The notes below the pieces were generated by a model. That model did not search any database and was not told the origin of the DNA. It saw only the letters and a program-made list of their open reading frames with translations. Of a stretch of DNA of 64,000 nt, positions 33,862 to 43,812 are shown piece by piece. Position 1 is the stretch's first letter, and every line of letters begins with the position of its first letter. This stretch comes from Escherichia coli (lineage in GTDB: Bacteria; Pseudomonadota; Gammaproteobacteria; Enterobacterales; Enterobacteriaceae): NCBI RefSeq assembly GCF_002854065.1, contig NZ_CP024147.1. One strand, written 5' to 3'. A program made the position numbers and the translations under genes.

Positions 33862-36474
33862 ATGATGCTCAGTAGCGAGTTTTTGCGCTTTTTTCAAACC
33901 TTAAACACAACAGAAGTCCCCAGTAATGTCAGGAAAATAGCGAATCTTGTGTGGGATAACCTAGATGATATAACCCCATTGGGCACTTCGCAGGGTCAGC
34001 GAGTCAGGCGCATTGTCTCTCTGGCACAGTCTGCATGGGATGCCCTCAGTACAGAAGTACAGCCACTACCAGAGCAGACCGCTGAACGCGTCTCCACGTT
34101 TAGTCGGCTGAGAAAGATATCTGTTGGACCATTTAGAGGGTTTGCAAAGCAAGAAGAATTTGATCTGGATTCACGTCTAGTGCTGATTTACGGCCCCAAT
34201 GGTACTGGGAAGTCAAGTTTCTGCGAAGCGCTTGAATATACATTACTGGGCAATGTGGCTGAGGCCGAAAGCAAGCGTTTCCGGAATCAAAACGACTATT
34301 TTAAAAATGCACATGTCAATCGGTTTTCTGTTCCAGAGATAATTGGTGTCGGAGATCATGGGCAGGATGTGTCGATTGAGAATAACGAAGCACAGTATCG
34401 CTTTTGCTTTGTTGAAAAAAATCGTATCGACAACTTTTCAAGAATCGCGGCTCTGGTCCCAACAAGGCAGACTGAACTTATCTCAACACTATTCGGGCTA
34501 GATAGTTTTAATGATTTTGTGCGAAATTTTACATCAGATATTGATGCCAGATACATCGATCTAACAGGCGTAAAAGCAGGTCAGTTGGCAGAAAAGCGCA
34601 AGTCTCTTCTGGCTGCACAGCAGCAATTGGCGACAGGTCAGGCTGCCCTGGAAGGGTTGGCATCAGAGGAACAGACACTGGCTTCTGTTTATCGTGAAGG
34701 CCTGTCTTACCAGCAGATGCTAGCTGAGTTAAAAGGGGATGAACAAAATATCGGAACCATCCGACAGCTTGAAACAGAGTTACAAACGCCACTTCCGAAT
34801 CAGAGTAGCCTGACATCTGCTATTTTGAACGATATAAGTAGCGCTGTTGAAACGGCACTTATAGATCTGGAAAGCAAGCAGAAGCAACTGGCAGAGGCAA
34901 GTCAGCAGGTTTCATATAAAAATTTATTTGAAGCAGTTGTCCAGTTACAGGGTACCAGCCCGGAACAATGCCCTGCATGCCATACCCCTCTTCAGCAAAC
35001 CGCCAAAAACCCCTACAGCCATGCCTGTGATGAATTGCTAAAGCTTGAGTTTCTGTCGACATTACAGGGAGAAATAACTCAGCTGGAAAAATTAATTGGC
35101 CAGTTGATGTACAGTGTTTCACAAGTAATCGGCACATGCTGTCAGTTTTTGCCACATGACAATGCTCTTGAAGTATTCCGAAATGAAAATGGCATCACTT
35201 TATGGCGTAATCTGCGGCAGCAAACAGGAGATGGCATAACTCCCTGGGCTCAGCTTGAAAAACAGGTGTGGCATCTGGAGGGAGAAGATAAAAAAATAGA
35301 GGAAGCAACTAAATTGCGAGAATCCCGTCAGCGGGATCTTGCGAGAATGCGTGAATCTGATCGCCAGATAACGATTTTGCAGACAAGAAGAGATACGATA
35401 GAAAAAACCATCTCTGCGGCTCAGTTGTTGATTGGCAACTTTGATACTGAAAACAGGCAGCTAATTGAAGAAGTTGCTCACGAAGAAGACATTGTAAGGA
35501 AAAACAAAGCAATTTCAGAAGCGTATTCCCGGTTCGTTTTACAGCTGAACGCCTATAAAGAGGGATTACCTCAGAGACTTGTAGCGAATCTTGGGGATCA
35601 CATTGTCACTCTCTACAACGCATTTAACCGTAATGACCCCCCGGGAGAAAAGCTAGCAGGTATCAAACTACCTCTGCTGCAGAATCAGCGACTGGAAGTA
35701 GCGTTTCAGAATAATCCAACGCAACTATTCGATGCCCTGCATGTACTTAGTGAGGGGCATGTACGCTGTATAGGGCTGGCTATTTTGTTGGCAAAAAACA
35801 TTAATGAACAGTGTCCACTTTTGATATTTGATGACCCGGTCAATGCTATTGATGACGATCACAGAGAATCGATTCGGAGAACGTTGTTTGAAGATGCTTT
35901 CTTTGCTGAAAAACAAATCATTCTGGCCTGCCATGGAGAGGAATTCTTCAAAGACATCCAGAATTTATTGCCAGCGCCGGTTGCCGCACAGTCCAAGACT
36001 TTCAGCTTCTTACCGCGTCTTGACGAATTGCATATCCGCGTAGATTTTAACTGCGCTCCCAGGAACTATATTATTTCTGCACGAGGGCATTATGAGCGTA
36101 ATGAGATTCGGGAGGCGCTTGCAAAATGCAGACAGTCACTTGAATCGTTGATGAAGGGGAGAGTCTGGCGATATGTAAATAAATATGGTGATGGTAATCT
36201 TAGTCTCAAGCTAAGGTCAGCAACGGCACCTATTGAGTTACGTAACTTGTCGGATCAATTGAAGAAACAGATCAATAAAGCTGAGTTCCGTGACCAAAAT
36301 AAAAACGCCGTATTCACACCAATTGATGTGTTAACTGGGCTAAGTGGAGAATCACGAGAATGGCGCTATCTAAATAAAGGTACGCATGAGGAAGACGGCA
36401 GGGCTGAGTTTGATCGAGCAACAGTAGAAACCATGATTTCTGCCCTTGAGGCGCTCGATCAGGCTGTGAGTTAA
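33862..36474 (+). CDS. SMC/Rad50/RloC-like ABC ATPase with central CxxC hook and uncharacterised C-terminal domain
   Basis: 870 aa; Walker A LIYGPNGTGKSS, about 500 aa Q/E/L-rich coiled-coil with EQCPACH midway, signature-like LSEGHVRCIGLA, Walker B/D-loop LLIFDDPVNAIDDDH, H-loop ILACHGEEF, then about 170 aa of unknown function. Confidence 0.65.
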   Translation: MMLSSEFLRFFQTLNTTEVPSNVRKIANLVWDNLDDITPLGTSQGQRVRRIVSLAQSAWDALSTEVQPLPEQTAERVSTFSRLRKISVGPFRGFAKQEEFDLDSRLVLIYGPNGTGKSSFCEALEYTLLGNVAEAESKRFRNQNDYFKNAHVNRFSVPEIIGVGDHGQDVSIENNEAQYRFCFVEKNRIDNFSRIAALVPTRQTELISTLFGLDSFNDFVRNFTSDIDARYIDLTGVKAGQLAEKRKSLLAAQQQLATGQAALEGLASEEQTLASVYREGLSYQQMLAELKGDEQNIGTIRQLETELQTPLPNQSSLTSAILNDISSAVETALIDLESKQKQLAEASQQVSYKNLFEAVVQLQGTSPEQCPACHTPLQQTAKNPYSHACDELLKLEFLSTLQGEITQLEKLIGQLMYSVSQVIGTCCQFLPHDNALEVFRNENGITLWRNLRQQTGDGITPWAQLEKQVWHLEGEDKKIEEATKLRESRQRDLARMRESDRQITILQTRRDTIEKTISAAQLLIGNFDTENRQLIEEVAHEEDIVRKNKAISEAYSRFVLQLNAYKEGLPQRLVANLGDHIVTLYNAFNRNDPPGEKLAGIKLPLLQNQRLEVAFQNNPTQLFDALHVLSEGHVRCIGLAILLAKNINEQCPLLIFDDPVNAIDDDHRESIRRTLFEDAFFAEKQIILACHGEEFFKDIQNLLPAPVAAQSKTFSFLPRLDELHIRVDFNCAPRNYIISARGHYERNEIREALAKCRQSLESLMKGRVWRYVNKYGDGNLSLKLRSATAPIELRNLSDQLKKQINKAEFRDQNKNAVFTPIDVLTGLSGESREWRYLNKGTHEEDGRAEFDRATVETMISALEALDQAVS

Positions 36475-36607
36475 TATATGTAAAGTGGTCTATAAAATTG
36501 GCCACAACATGAGAATTACTGTTCGTTGGTTCCTGGCACAGAGCGTCTGTCAGATTTAGTTTAGCTCTGTGTCATACCAGTGGTAGCTCAAGTCGCGGCT
36601 AATGCAA

Positions 36608-37336
36608 TTAATCACTGAATACCAACGAATCTAATACACCTTGTCCACTATGAACTCCTCCTTCAACTGACTCTGCTGATTTGCTACGGATCAAATACCC
36701 AGCAAAACTGTGATCAGCGCTAGATGCATTGTTACCTATCTGGACGGAGAACATTCCTAGTTCGCTGACCAGATCAGTAACCTGATATAACTCCCCTTTA
36801 CGGACAACCAGAGAAGGTGTAGCTCGCGGGACAGGATGTATCCGACGCATGAACGACCAGGATTGATATTGCAGCGGGTCAAGTCTTGCCAGTTTTAACT
36901 GGATATCAGAGCCAAACAGACAATGCCCACCCCCTTCGCCCTGGTTTTTGAGAACCCATGAATCAGAAGGAGACTCTTTTACAATGCTGATTGTATCAGG
37001 GCTAACAGGAAGCATTTCGCCCAACACCATTTTTATGATATCAACCTCTTCCGGCTTCAGTCCAAAAGCAATCAGTTCATCGCACCCCAAATGAGAGAGC
37101 AACATTTGTACTCGCTTACTTGTCGCAAGTTGCTGAGCGACTGTTGCATTCACCGCAACTCGGTGCTGCTCAATCAATACTCGCGTGGCCATTAGCGTCT
37201 GGCAACACTCCTTCTCATTGAGACTGGCGGCTTCATAATCTGAGTATTGATATCCGGCACGTAAGTAAACAGAAGTAGTATGGGTGTATGAACTTGTCAT
37301 TGTTTTGACATTTATCAAATATATTCGATTATGCAT
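36608..37336 (-). CDS. hypothetical cysteine-containing protein, divergent from arsR
   Basis: 242-aa ORF (alternative start at 37300); no motif recognised. Confidence 0.4.
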   Translation of the reverse strand: MHNRIYLINVKTMTSSYTHTTSVYLRAGYQYSDYEAASLNEKECCQTLMATRVLIEQHRVAVNATVAQQLATSKRVQMLLSHLGCDELIAFGLKPEEVDIIKMVLGEMLPVSPDTISIVKESPSDSWVLKNQGEGGGHCLFGSDIQLKLARLDPLQYQSWSFMRRIHPVPRATPSLVVRKGELYQVTDLVSELGMFSVQIGNNASSADHSFAGYLIRSKSAESVEGGVHSGQGVLDSLVFSD

Positions 37337-37393
37337 ATGTGTTGTTGATTTTCATCTCCGCAGGAGATATCGTTACCTAAACGAACAGGAGGA

Positions 37394-37747
37394 ATGATGT
37401 CGCTTACTTCCCTACAACTCTTTAAGAATCTGTCTGATGAAACACGTCTGGGTATTGTTCTCATACTCAGAACTATGGGGGAGTTGTGCGTATGTGATCT
37501 TTGCACTGCACTTGATCAATCACAGCCTAAGATCTCCCGGCATCTGGCTATGTTGCGAGAAAGTGGGATTTTGCTTGATAGTAAACACGGTAAATGGGTT
37601 CATTACCGGTTATCCCCACACATTCCTTCATGGGCTGCACAGATTATTGAGCAGGCCTGGTTAAGCCAACAGGACGATCTTCAGGCCATCGCCCGTAAAC
37701 TGGCTTCAGTCAACTGCACTAACAGCAGTAAGGCTATTTGTATTTAA
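37394..37747 (+). CDS. arsR: arsenite-responsive repressor ArsR
   Basis: HTH plus As(III)-binding ELCVCDLC motif. Confidence 0.9.
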   Translation: MMSLTSLQLFKNLSDETRLGIVLILRTMGELCVCDLCTALDQSQPKISRHLAMLRESGILLDSKHGKWVHYRLSPHIPSWAAQIIEQAWLSQQDDLQAIARKLASVNCTNSSKAICI

Positions 37748-37787
37748 AAATTTGCCTGAATATATATGATTTCCCACATATGAGGTA

Positions 37788-38156
37788 TTGAGAATGAAAA
37801 CGCTAGCGGTATTCGACCCGGCAATGTGTTGTAGCACCGGTGTCTGCGGTACTGATGTCGATCAGGCTCTGGTTGATTTTTCCGCGGATGTGCAATGGCT
37901 GAAACAACGAGGTGTTCAGGTAGATCGTTTCAATCTGGCACAGCAACCGATGAGCTTTGTCCAGAACGAGAAAGTTAAAGCATTTATTGAGGCTTCTGGT
38001 GCGGAAGGGCTGCCATTACTGTTACTGGATGGCGAAACAGTGATGGCCGGGCGTTATCCGAAACGGGCTGAACTTGCACGGTGGTTTGGAATTCCGCTGG
38101 AGAAAGTAGGATTAGCGCCTTCAGGCTGCTGCGGTGGTAATACTTCTTGTTGTTAA
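37788..38156 (+). CDS. arsD: arsenic metallochaperone/regulator ArsD
   Basis: N-terminal MCCSTGVCG (Cys12/13/18) and C-terminal CCGGNTSCC. Confidence 0.9.
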   Translation: MRMKTLAVFDPAMCCSTGVCGTDVDQALVDFSADVQWLKQRGVQVDRFNLAQQPMSFVQNEKVKAFIEASGAEGLPLLLLDGETVMAGRYPKRAELARWFGIPLEKVGLAPSGCCGGNTSCC

Positions 38157-38173
38157 GTATGTCAGGAGGACAT

Positions 38174-39925
38174 ATGAAATTCTTACAGAACATCCCCCCT
38201 TATCTGTTTTTTACTGGTAAAGGAGGCGTTGGTAAAACCTCTATTTCCTGCGCCACGGCGATCCGTCTGGCAGAACAGGGTAAACGAGTGCTGCTGGTCA
38301 GTACCGATCCGGCCTCAAACGTAGGCCAGGTCTTTGGCCAGGTTATTGGCAATACTATTCAGCCAATAGCCACTGTTCCTGGATTGTCGGCACTTGAGAT
38401 TGATCCTCAGGCCGCTGCGCAACAGTACCGGGCCAGAATCGTTGACCCTATTAAAGGTGTCCTGCCTGATGACGTCGTTAGCAGCATCAACGAACAACTG
38501 TCTGGTGCATGCACAACAGAGATTGCGGCTTTTGATGAGTTTACCGGATTACTGACAGACGCCTCTTTGCTGACCCAGTTTGACCATATCATCTTTGATA
38601 CCGCGCCAACCGGCCATACTATTCGCCTTCTCCAGTTGCCAGGCGCCTGGAGCAGCTTTATTGACAGCAATCCCGAGGGCGCATCCTGCCTCGGCCCGAT
38701 GGCGGGGCTGGAAAAACAGCGTGAACAGTATGCCCATGCCGTTGAAGCACTGTCCGACCCAGCGCGTACCCGCCTGGTTTTAGTTGCCAGACTGCAAAAA
38801 TCCACCCTGCAAGAAGTCGCCCGAACTCATTTAGAACTCGCCGCAATTGGCCTTAAAAATCAGTACTTGGTCATTAATGGCGTTCTGCCCAAAACTGAAG
38901 CGGCAAACGATACACTGGCTGCGGCTATATGGGACCGTGAACAGGAGGCGCTGGCCAATCTTCCTTCTGACCTTTCCGGTCTGCCAACTGACACGTTATT
39001 CCTCCAACCACTCAATATGGTCGGCGTGGCTGCATTAAGTGGGCTTCTCTCCTCTCAGCCTGAGGCAGCATCATCTTCTGAAGAATACATTCAGCAACGA
39101 CCTGAAATTCCGTCGCTCTCAGCGTTAGTCGATGATATTGCCCGTAACGAACATGGTCTGATAATGCTAATGGGCAAAGGCGGTGTGGGGAAAACCACGA
39201 TGGCGGCAGCCATTGCCGTCAGACTGGCCGAAATGGGATTTGATGTCCATCTGACCACCTCAGATCCAGCAGCACACCTCAGCACAACCCTGAACGGTAG
39301 CCTTAACAATCTGCAGGTCAGTAGAATCGATCCTCACGAGGAAACAGAACGCTATCGTCAGCATGTTCTTGATACCAAGGGTGGAGAACTGGATGAAGCG
39401 GGTAAACGCCTGCTGGAAGAAGATTTACGCTCTCCTTGTACCGAAGAGATTGCGGTCTTCCAGGCCTTTTCACGGGTGATTCGTGAAGCGGGTAAGCGCT
39501 TCGTGGTCATGGATACGGCACCCACCGGGCATACCCTACTGCTGCTGGATGCCACCGGGGCGTATCACCGCGAAATTGCTAAGAAAATGGGCGATAAAGG
39601 CCATTTCACCACGCCAATGATGCAGCTTCAGGACCCGGAGCGAACCAAAGTGTTACTGGTCACGCTGCCGGAAACCACGCCCGTGCTTGAGGCGGCAAAT
39701 TTGCAGGCCGACCTTGAACGCGCAGGGATTCATCCCTGGGGCTGGATTATCAATAACAGCCTTTCCATTGCGGATACCCGTTCGCCGCTGCTTCGTCTGC
39801 GGGCGCAACAGGAACTTCCGCAGATCGAGAGTGTTAAACTCCAGCATGCCAGTCGCGTAGCTCTTGTTCCTGTACTGGCGTCAGAACCGACCGGCATCGA
39901 CAAACTCAAACAACTCGCTGGTTAA
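38174..39925 (+). CDS. arsA: arsenite pump ATPase ArsA
   Basis: Start [23 protein letters not shown]; duplicated P-loops (GKGGVGKTS / GKGGVGKTT) and DTAPTGH motifs. Confidence 0.9.
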   Translation: MKFLQNIPPYLFFTGKGGVGKTSISCATAIRLAEQGKRVLLVSTDPASNVGQVFGQVIGNTIQPIATVPGLSALEIDPQAAAQQYRARIVDPIKGVLPDDVVSSINEQLSGACTTEIAAFDEFTGLLTDASLLTQFDHIIFDTAPTGHTIRLLQLPGAWSSFIDSNPEGASCLGPMAGLEKQREQYAHAVEALSDPARTRLVLVARLQKSTLQEVARTHLELAAIGLKNQYLVINGVLPKTEAANDTLAAAIWDREQEALANLPSDLSGLPTDTLFLQPLNMVGVAALSGLLSSQPEAASSSEEYIQQRPEIPSLSALVDDIARNEHGLIMLMGKGGVGKTTMAAAIAVRLAEMGFDVHLTTSDPAAHLSTTLNGSLNNLQVSRIDPHEETERYRQHVLDTKGGELDEAGKRLLEEDLRSPCTEEIAVFQAFSRVIREAGKRFVVMDTAPTGHTLLLLDATGAYHREIAKKMGDKGHFTTPMMQLQDPERTKVLLVTLPETTPVLEAANLQADLERAGIHPWGWIINNSLSIADTRSPLLRLRAQQELPQIESVKLQHASRVALVPVLASEPTGIDKLKQLAG

Positions 39926-39972
39926 TTATTGTCATTACTCGGGGCAGCTTTGCTGCCCTTTCGGGAGGTTAT

Positions 39973-41262
39973 ATGTTACTGGCAGGAGCCATTTTTATCC
40001 TGACCATCGTGTTGGTTATCTGGCAGCCAAAGGGATTAGGCATTGGCTGGAGCGCCACGCTGGGTGCCGTACTGGCTCTGGCATCGGGTGTGATTCATAT
40101 CGCCGATATTCCGGTGGTGTGGAATATCGTCTGGAACGCCACGGCCACCTTTATTGCCGTCATTATCATCAGTCTGTTGCTGGATGAGTCCGGCTTTTTT
40201 GAATGGGCTGCACTGCACGTTTCCCGCTGGGGCAATGGGCGTGGACGTCTGCTATTTACCTATATTGTTCTGCTCGGCGCGGCGGTGGCGGCATTGTTTG
40301 CCAACGATGGCGCGGCGTTAATTCTGACGCCGATCGTTATCGCCATGCTACTGGCGCTGGGATTCAGTAAAAGCACCACGCTGGCTTTCGTGATGGCCGC
40401 AGGGTTTATTGCCGATACCGCCAGCTTGCCACTTATCGTATCGAACCTGGTCAATATCGTTTCGGCTGATTTCTTCAAACTGGGATTCACGGAGTATGCG
40501 TCAGTTATGGTGCCGGTGGATATTGCCGCCATTGTCGCCACGCTGGTGATGCTGCATCTTTTTTTCCGCAAAGATATCCCGCCCACTTATGAGCTGGCGC
40601 GACTGAAAGAACCCGCAAAAGCCATCAAAGATCCTGCGACGTTCAGAACCGGCTGGGTTGTGCTCCTCCTTCTGCTGGTCGGTTTTTTTGTCCTTGAGCC
40701 GATGGGGATCCCTGTGAGTGCGATTGCGGCAGTGGGGGCGGCAATCCTGTTTGCGGTGGCCAAAAAAGGTCATGGTATTAACACCGGTAAAGTGCTGCGC
40801 GGCGCGCCCTGGCAGATCGTGATCTTCTCACTGGGGATGTATCTGGTGGTATACGGGTTGCGTAACGCCGGTCTGACGGATTATCTCTCTGACGTGCTGA
40901 ACGTACTGGCAGATAAAGGACTGTGGGCCGCGACGCTGGGGACAGGATTCCTGACTGCATTCCTCTCTTCTATCATGAACAATATGCCGACCGTACTGGT
41001 TGGCGCACTGTCGATTGATGGCAGCACCGCGACCGGCGTTATCAAAGAAGCGATGATTTATGCCAACGTCATTGGCTGCGATCTGGGGCCGAAAATCACC
41101 CCTATTGGTAGCCTGGCGACACTGCTCTGGCTGCACGTGCTTTCACAGAAGAATATGACAATCTCGTGGGGATACTACTTCCGCACCGGGATTATCATGA
41201 CCCTGCCTGTGCTGTTTGTAACGCTGGCTGCGCTGGCGCTACGTCTCTCTGTCACTTTGTAA
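39973..41262 (+). CDS. arsB: arsenite efflux permease ArsB
   Basis: 429-aa polytopic membrane protein between arsA and arsC. Confidence 0.9.
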   Translation: MLLAGAIFILTIVLVIWQPKGLGIGWSATLGAVLALASGVIHIADIPVVWNIVWNATATFIAVIIISLLLDESGFFEWAALHVSRWGNGRGRLLFTYIVLLGAAVAALFANDGAALILTPIVIAMLLALGFSKSTTLAFVMAAGFIADTASLPLIVSNLVNIVSADFFKLGFTEYASVMVPVDIAAIVATLVMLHLFFRKDIPPTYELARLKEPAKAIKDPATFRTGWVVLLLLLVGFFVLEPMGIPVSAIAAVGAAILFAVAKKGHGINTGKVLRGAPWQIVIFSLGMYLVVYGLRNAGLTDYLSDVLNVLADKGLWAATLGTGFLTAFLSSIMNNMPTVLVGALSIDGSTATGVIKEAMIYANVIGCDLGPKITPIGSLATLLWLHVLSQKNMTISWGYYFRTGIIMTLPVLFVTLAALALRLSVTL

Positions 41263-41274
41263 TGAGATTCTGAT

Positions 41275-41700
41275 ATGAGCAACATCACTATTTATCACAA
41301 CCCAGCCTGCGGCACCTCGCGTAATACGCTGGAGATGATCCGCAACAGCGGTACCGAGCCGACCATTATTCTTTACCTTGAGAACCCACCTTCGAGGGAT
41401 GAATTGGTCAAACTCATTGCCGATATGGGTATTTCAGTACGAGCGCTGCTGCGTAAAAACGTTGAGCCTTACGAGCAACTGGGTCTTGCAGAAGATAAAT
41501 TTACTGACGATCAGCTCATCGACTTTATGTTGCAACACCCAATTCTGATTAACCGTCCGATCGTGGTTACGCCGCTGGGAACCAGACTGTGCCGTCCTTC
41601 TGAAGTGGTTCTGGATATCCTGCAGGATGCGCAGAAAGGGGCTTTCGCTAAGGAAGACGGTGAAAAGGTCGTTGATGAAGCAGGAAAACGGCTGAAATAA
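41275..41700 (+). CDS. arsC: arsenate reductase ArsC (glutaredoxin-coupled type)
   Basis: 141 aa, catalytic HNPACGTSRN motif. Confidence 0.9.
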   Translation: MSNITIYHNPACGTSRNTLEMIRNSGTEPTIILYLENPPSRDELVKLIADMGISVRALLRKNVEPYEQLGLAEDKFTDDQLIDFMLQHPILINRPIVVTPLGTRLCRPSEVVLDILQDAQKGAFAKEDGEKVVDEAGKRLK

Positions 41701-41702
41701 AT

Positions 41703-41728
41703 AATAAGGGGGCGAATGCCCCCTTATT
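41703..41728. terminator. 11-bp perfect palindrome after arsC
   Basis: AATAAGGGGGC gaat GCCCCCTTATT. Confidence 0.55.
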
Positions 41729-41734
41729 CGTACC

Positions 41735-42271
41735 TCAGAGCATCATGCCTGAATCCGATGGTAACGTGCTGTTCCCTTCGCCCAGATTTCGTTGCAGCAA
41801 CACTGTGTCAAGCCAACGACCATGCTTGAAGCCAATATTTTTCAGCGTACCAATCTCAGTAAATCCAACCTGCTGATGGACTTTCAGCGAACCTTGATTA
41901 TTGCTATCGCCGACAATAGCAATCATCTGCCGATAGCCGTGAGTTTCTGCCCAGGCAATGACGTAGCGCAGCAACGCTTTTCCTGTCCCCTGACGCTGTG
42001 CGTCCGGGTGAATATAAATCGAATCTTCGAGAGTGTGGCGGTAGGCGTAGCGTTCACGGTAACGAGTGAGATAACAATACCCGATAACCTTTTCTTCCTC
42101 TAACGCGACAACCCACGGTAGCGCCTGATTGCGGATCTTTTTCAGGCGGGTAAGCATCTCGTGGGTATCCGGAGGTTCAGTTTCAAAGCTGGCGGTACCG
42201 TGAAGAACATGATGGGCGTAGATATCGCGTATAGCGGGGATGTGCTTTTCTTCTGCGTTAACGATTTTCAT
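41735..42271 (-). CDS. GNAT family N-acetyltransferase (phosphinothricin acetyltransferase-like; possible ArsN-type)
   Basis: 178 aa; acetyl-CoA binding region QRQGTGKALL; located between two ars operons. Confidence 0.65.
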   Translation of the reverse strand: MKIVNAEEKHIPAIRDIYAHHVLHGTASFETEPPDTHEMLTRLKKIRNQALPWVVALEEEKVIGYCYLTRYRERYAYRHTLEDSIYIHPDAQRQGTGKALLRYVIAWAETHGYRQMIAIVGDSNNQGSLKVHQQVGFTEIGTLKNIGFKHGRWLDTVLLQRNLGEGNSTLPSDSGMML

Positions 42272-42483
42272 TGTTCTGTTCCCGTTGGCATCTTTTTCAA
42301 GGTTACTTGAAAATCCTGAGGAAAGGTAAATACAAAAGCTTATGACCCAATAAGCAGGCTAATCTTCAATCCCATCTTTTGTTTTCATTCATGCAGGGAG
42401 ACAAATATGTGCTTCCAGTATCCTTATTTTTTATGTTACCTTTTCCGTTATGTCTAAAATGACATAACGGAAAAGGTAAACCC

Positions 42484-43308
42484 ATGTCCTCAGAATCAAA
42501 ACGGAACGGAAAAGGTTTTTTATCAGGCACGTTAATCGGTGCTTTAGGCGGCTTAATTGGCCTCGGTGGCGCTGAGTTCCGCCTTCCCGTCCTGATGGGT
42601 AGTTTCAAAATGCCGACGCTTGAAGCGGTTATTTTTAACAAAGCGATGAGCCTTACTGTTGTCGCTGTTGCTTTGATATTCCGCACAAAATCCATCGCCG
42701 TCGACCAGCTGTTTGCTCATCTTGATATTGTCATCAATTTGCTGGCCGGGAGCCTTATAGGTGCATGGTGGGCAGCAGGAAGAGCCATAAAAATGTCCCG
42801 TATTTGGCTGGACAGAACCATTCTGCTCCTGCTTGTTATCCTGTCATTCGTCATGTTTTCAGAAGCATTGATGCCTCTGCATGATAGCTCCGCTGGATTA
42901 TTCCAGCCCGGAATCGCGACCATTATTGCGGGTGTTATTGCGGGTGTTATTGCGGGTTTCTTCATCGGGAATGTTGCTGCTTTGCTGGGTGTTGCAGGGG
43001 GAGAGCTCCTGATACCAACTATCGTTATCCTTTTTGGGGCTGACATTAAACTGGCTGGCAGTTTGTCACTCATGATCAGTTTACCGACGATGATTGTGGG
43101 GTTCTCTCGCTACACTAATGCAGATGCTTTCCAGATCCTGAGAAAAGAGAAAAAACTTTTTGTGTGGATGGTCATCGGTTCCGTTATAGGTGCCGCTATT
43201 GGGGGCCTTATGCTCGGTATGTTCCCGGTAAGAGTACTTATGACTCTGTTAGGCGCGGTACTTCTTATTTCCGCGATCAAAACCTTTAAGCATACCCGGC
43301 AAAGATAA
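42484..43308 (+). CDS. TauE/SafE (TSUP) family membrane transporter
   Basis: 274-aa, 4+4 TM repeat architecture with GxxGG motifs (GALGGLIGLGGAEF, AALLGVAGGELL). Confidence 0.7.
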   Translation: MSSESKRNGKGFLSGTLIGALGGLIGLGGAEFRLPVLMGSFKMPTLEAVIFNKAMSLTVVAVALIFRTKSIAVDQLFAHLDIVINLLAGSLIGAWWAAGRAIKMSRIWLDRTILLLLVILSFVMFSEALMPLHDSSAGLFQPGIATIIAGVIAGVIAGFFIGNVAALLGVAGGELLIPTIVILFGADIKLAGSLSLMISLPTMIVGFSRYTNADAFQILRKEKKLFVWMVIGSVIGAAIGGLMLGMFPVRVLMTLLGAVLLISAIKTFKHTRQR

Positions 43309-43370
43309 TAGCCGTTTACGCTTTGGACTATTCCGCATTACAGAGAAAATGATTTCGAAAAGGTATCAGA

Positions 43371-43739
43371 ATGAAAAAGAATCCCCTTAAATCAAACTTA
43401 ATCTTAGTCAGACCGAGGATCTATATTAACGACAACATCTCGCTGGGGCCGGGGAAGGTTGACCTTTTAAGGGCGATTGATGGCTTTCACTCTCTTTCTG
43501 CGGCAGCTAAAGATTTGGGGATACCTTATAAAAAAGCATGGCTCTTAATTGACACTTTGAATAAAGGGATTGGTCAGCCAGTTGTAACCACTTCCACTGG
43601 TGGTAACAAGGGCGGTGGTACAGTTCTGACGCCATTGGGGCGTAGCCTGCTGATCTGGTATGACCAGGCCGAGGCCCACCTCAATGAGCAATCTCAGCAA
43701 CAGTTAATCGAACTTGAAAAGATTCTTTTTGGAAAATGA
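43371..43739 (+). CDS. ModE N-terminal-domain-like winged-helix regulator
   Basis: LGPGKVDLLRAIDGFHSLSAAAKDLGIPYKKAW...GGNKGGGTVLTPLG matches the ModE-type HTH pattern. Confidence 0.6.
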   Translation: MKKNPLKSNLILVRPRIYINDNISLGPGKVDLLRAIDGFHSLSAAAKDLGIPYKKAWLLIDTLNKGIGQPVVTTSTGGNKGGGTVLTPLGRSLLIWYDQAEAHLNEQSQQQLIELEKILFGK

Positions 43740-43784
43740 CAGAGACCTTTGTTATCCATCGGGAAAATAGAGTGACAGCAATGC

Positions 43785-43810
43785 ATGAAGGGGGCTAATG
43801 CCCCCTTCAT
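43785..43810. terminator. 11-bp perfect palindrome, near-copy of the hairpin at 41703
   Basis: ATGAAGGGGGC taat GCCCCCTTCAT between convergent ModE-like gene and arsA2. Confidence 0.55.
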
Positions 43811-43812
43811 TA

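Noticed and set aside
36475-36607. Possible tRNA or tRNA fragment at the ATPase/ars boundary
   Set aside because: No cloverleaf could be folded by eye; no conserved T-loop GTTC or D-loop features
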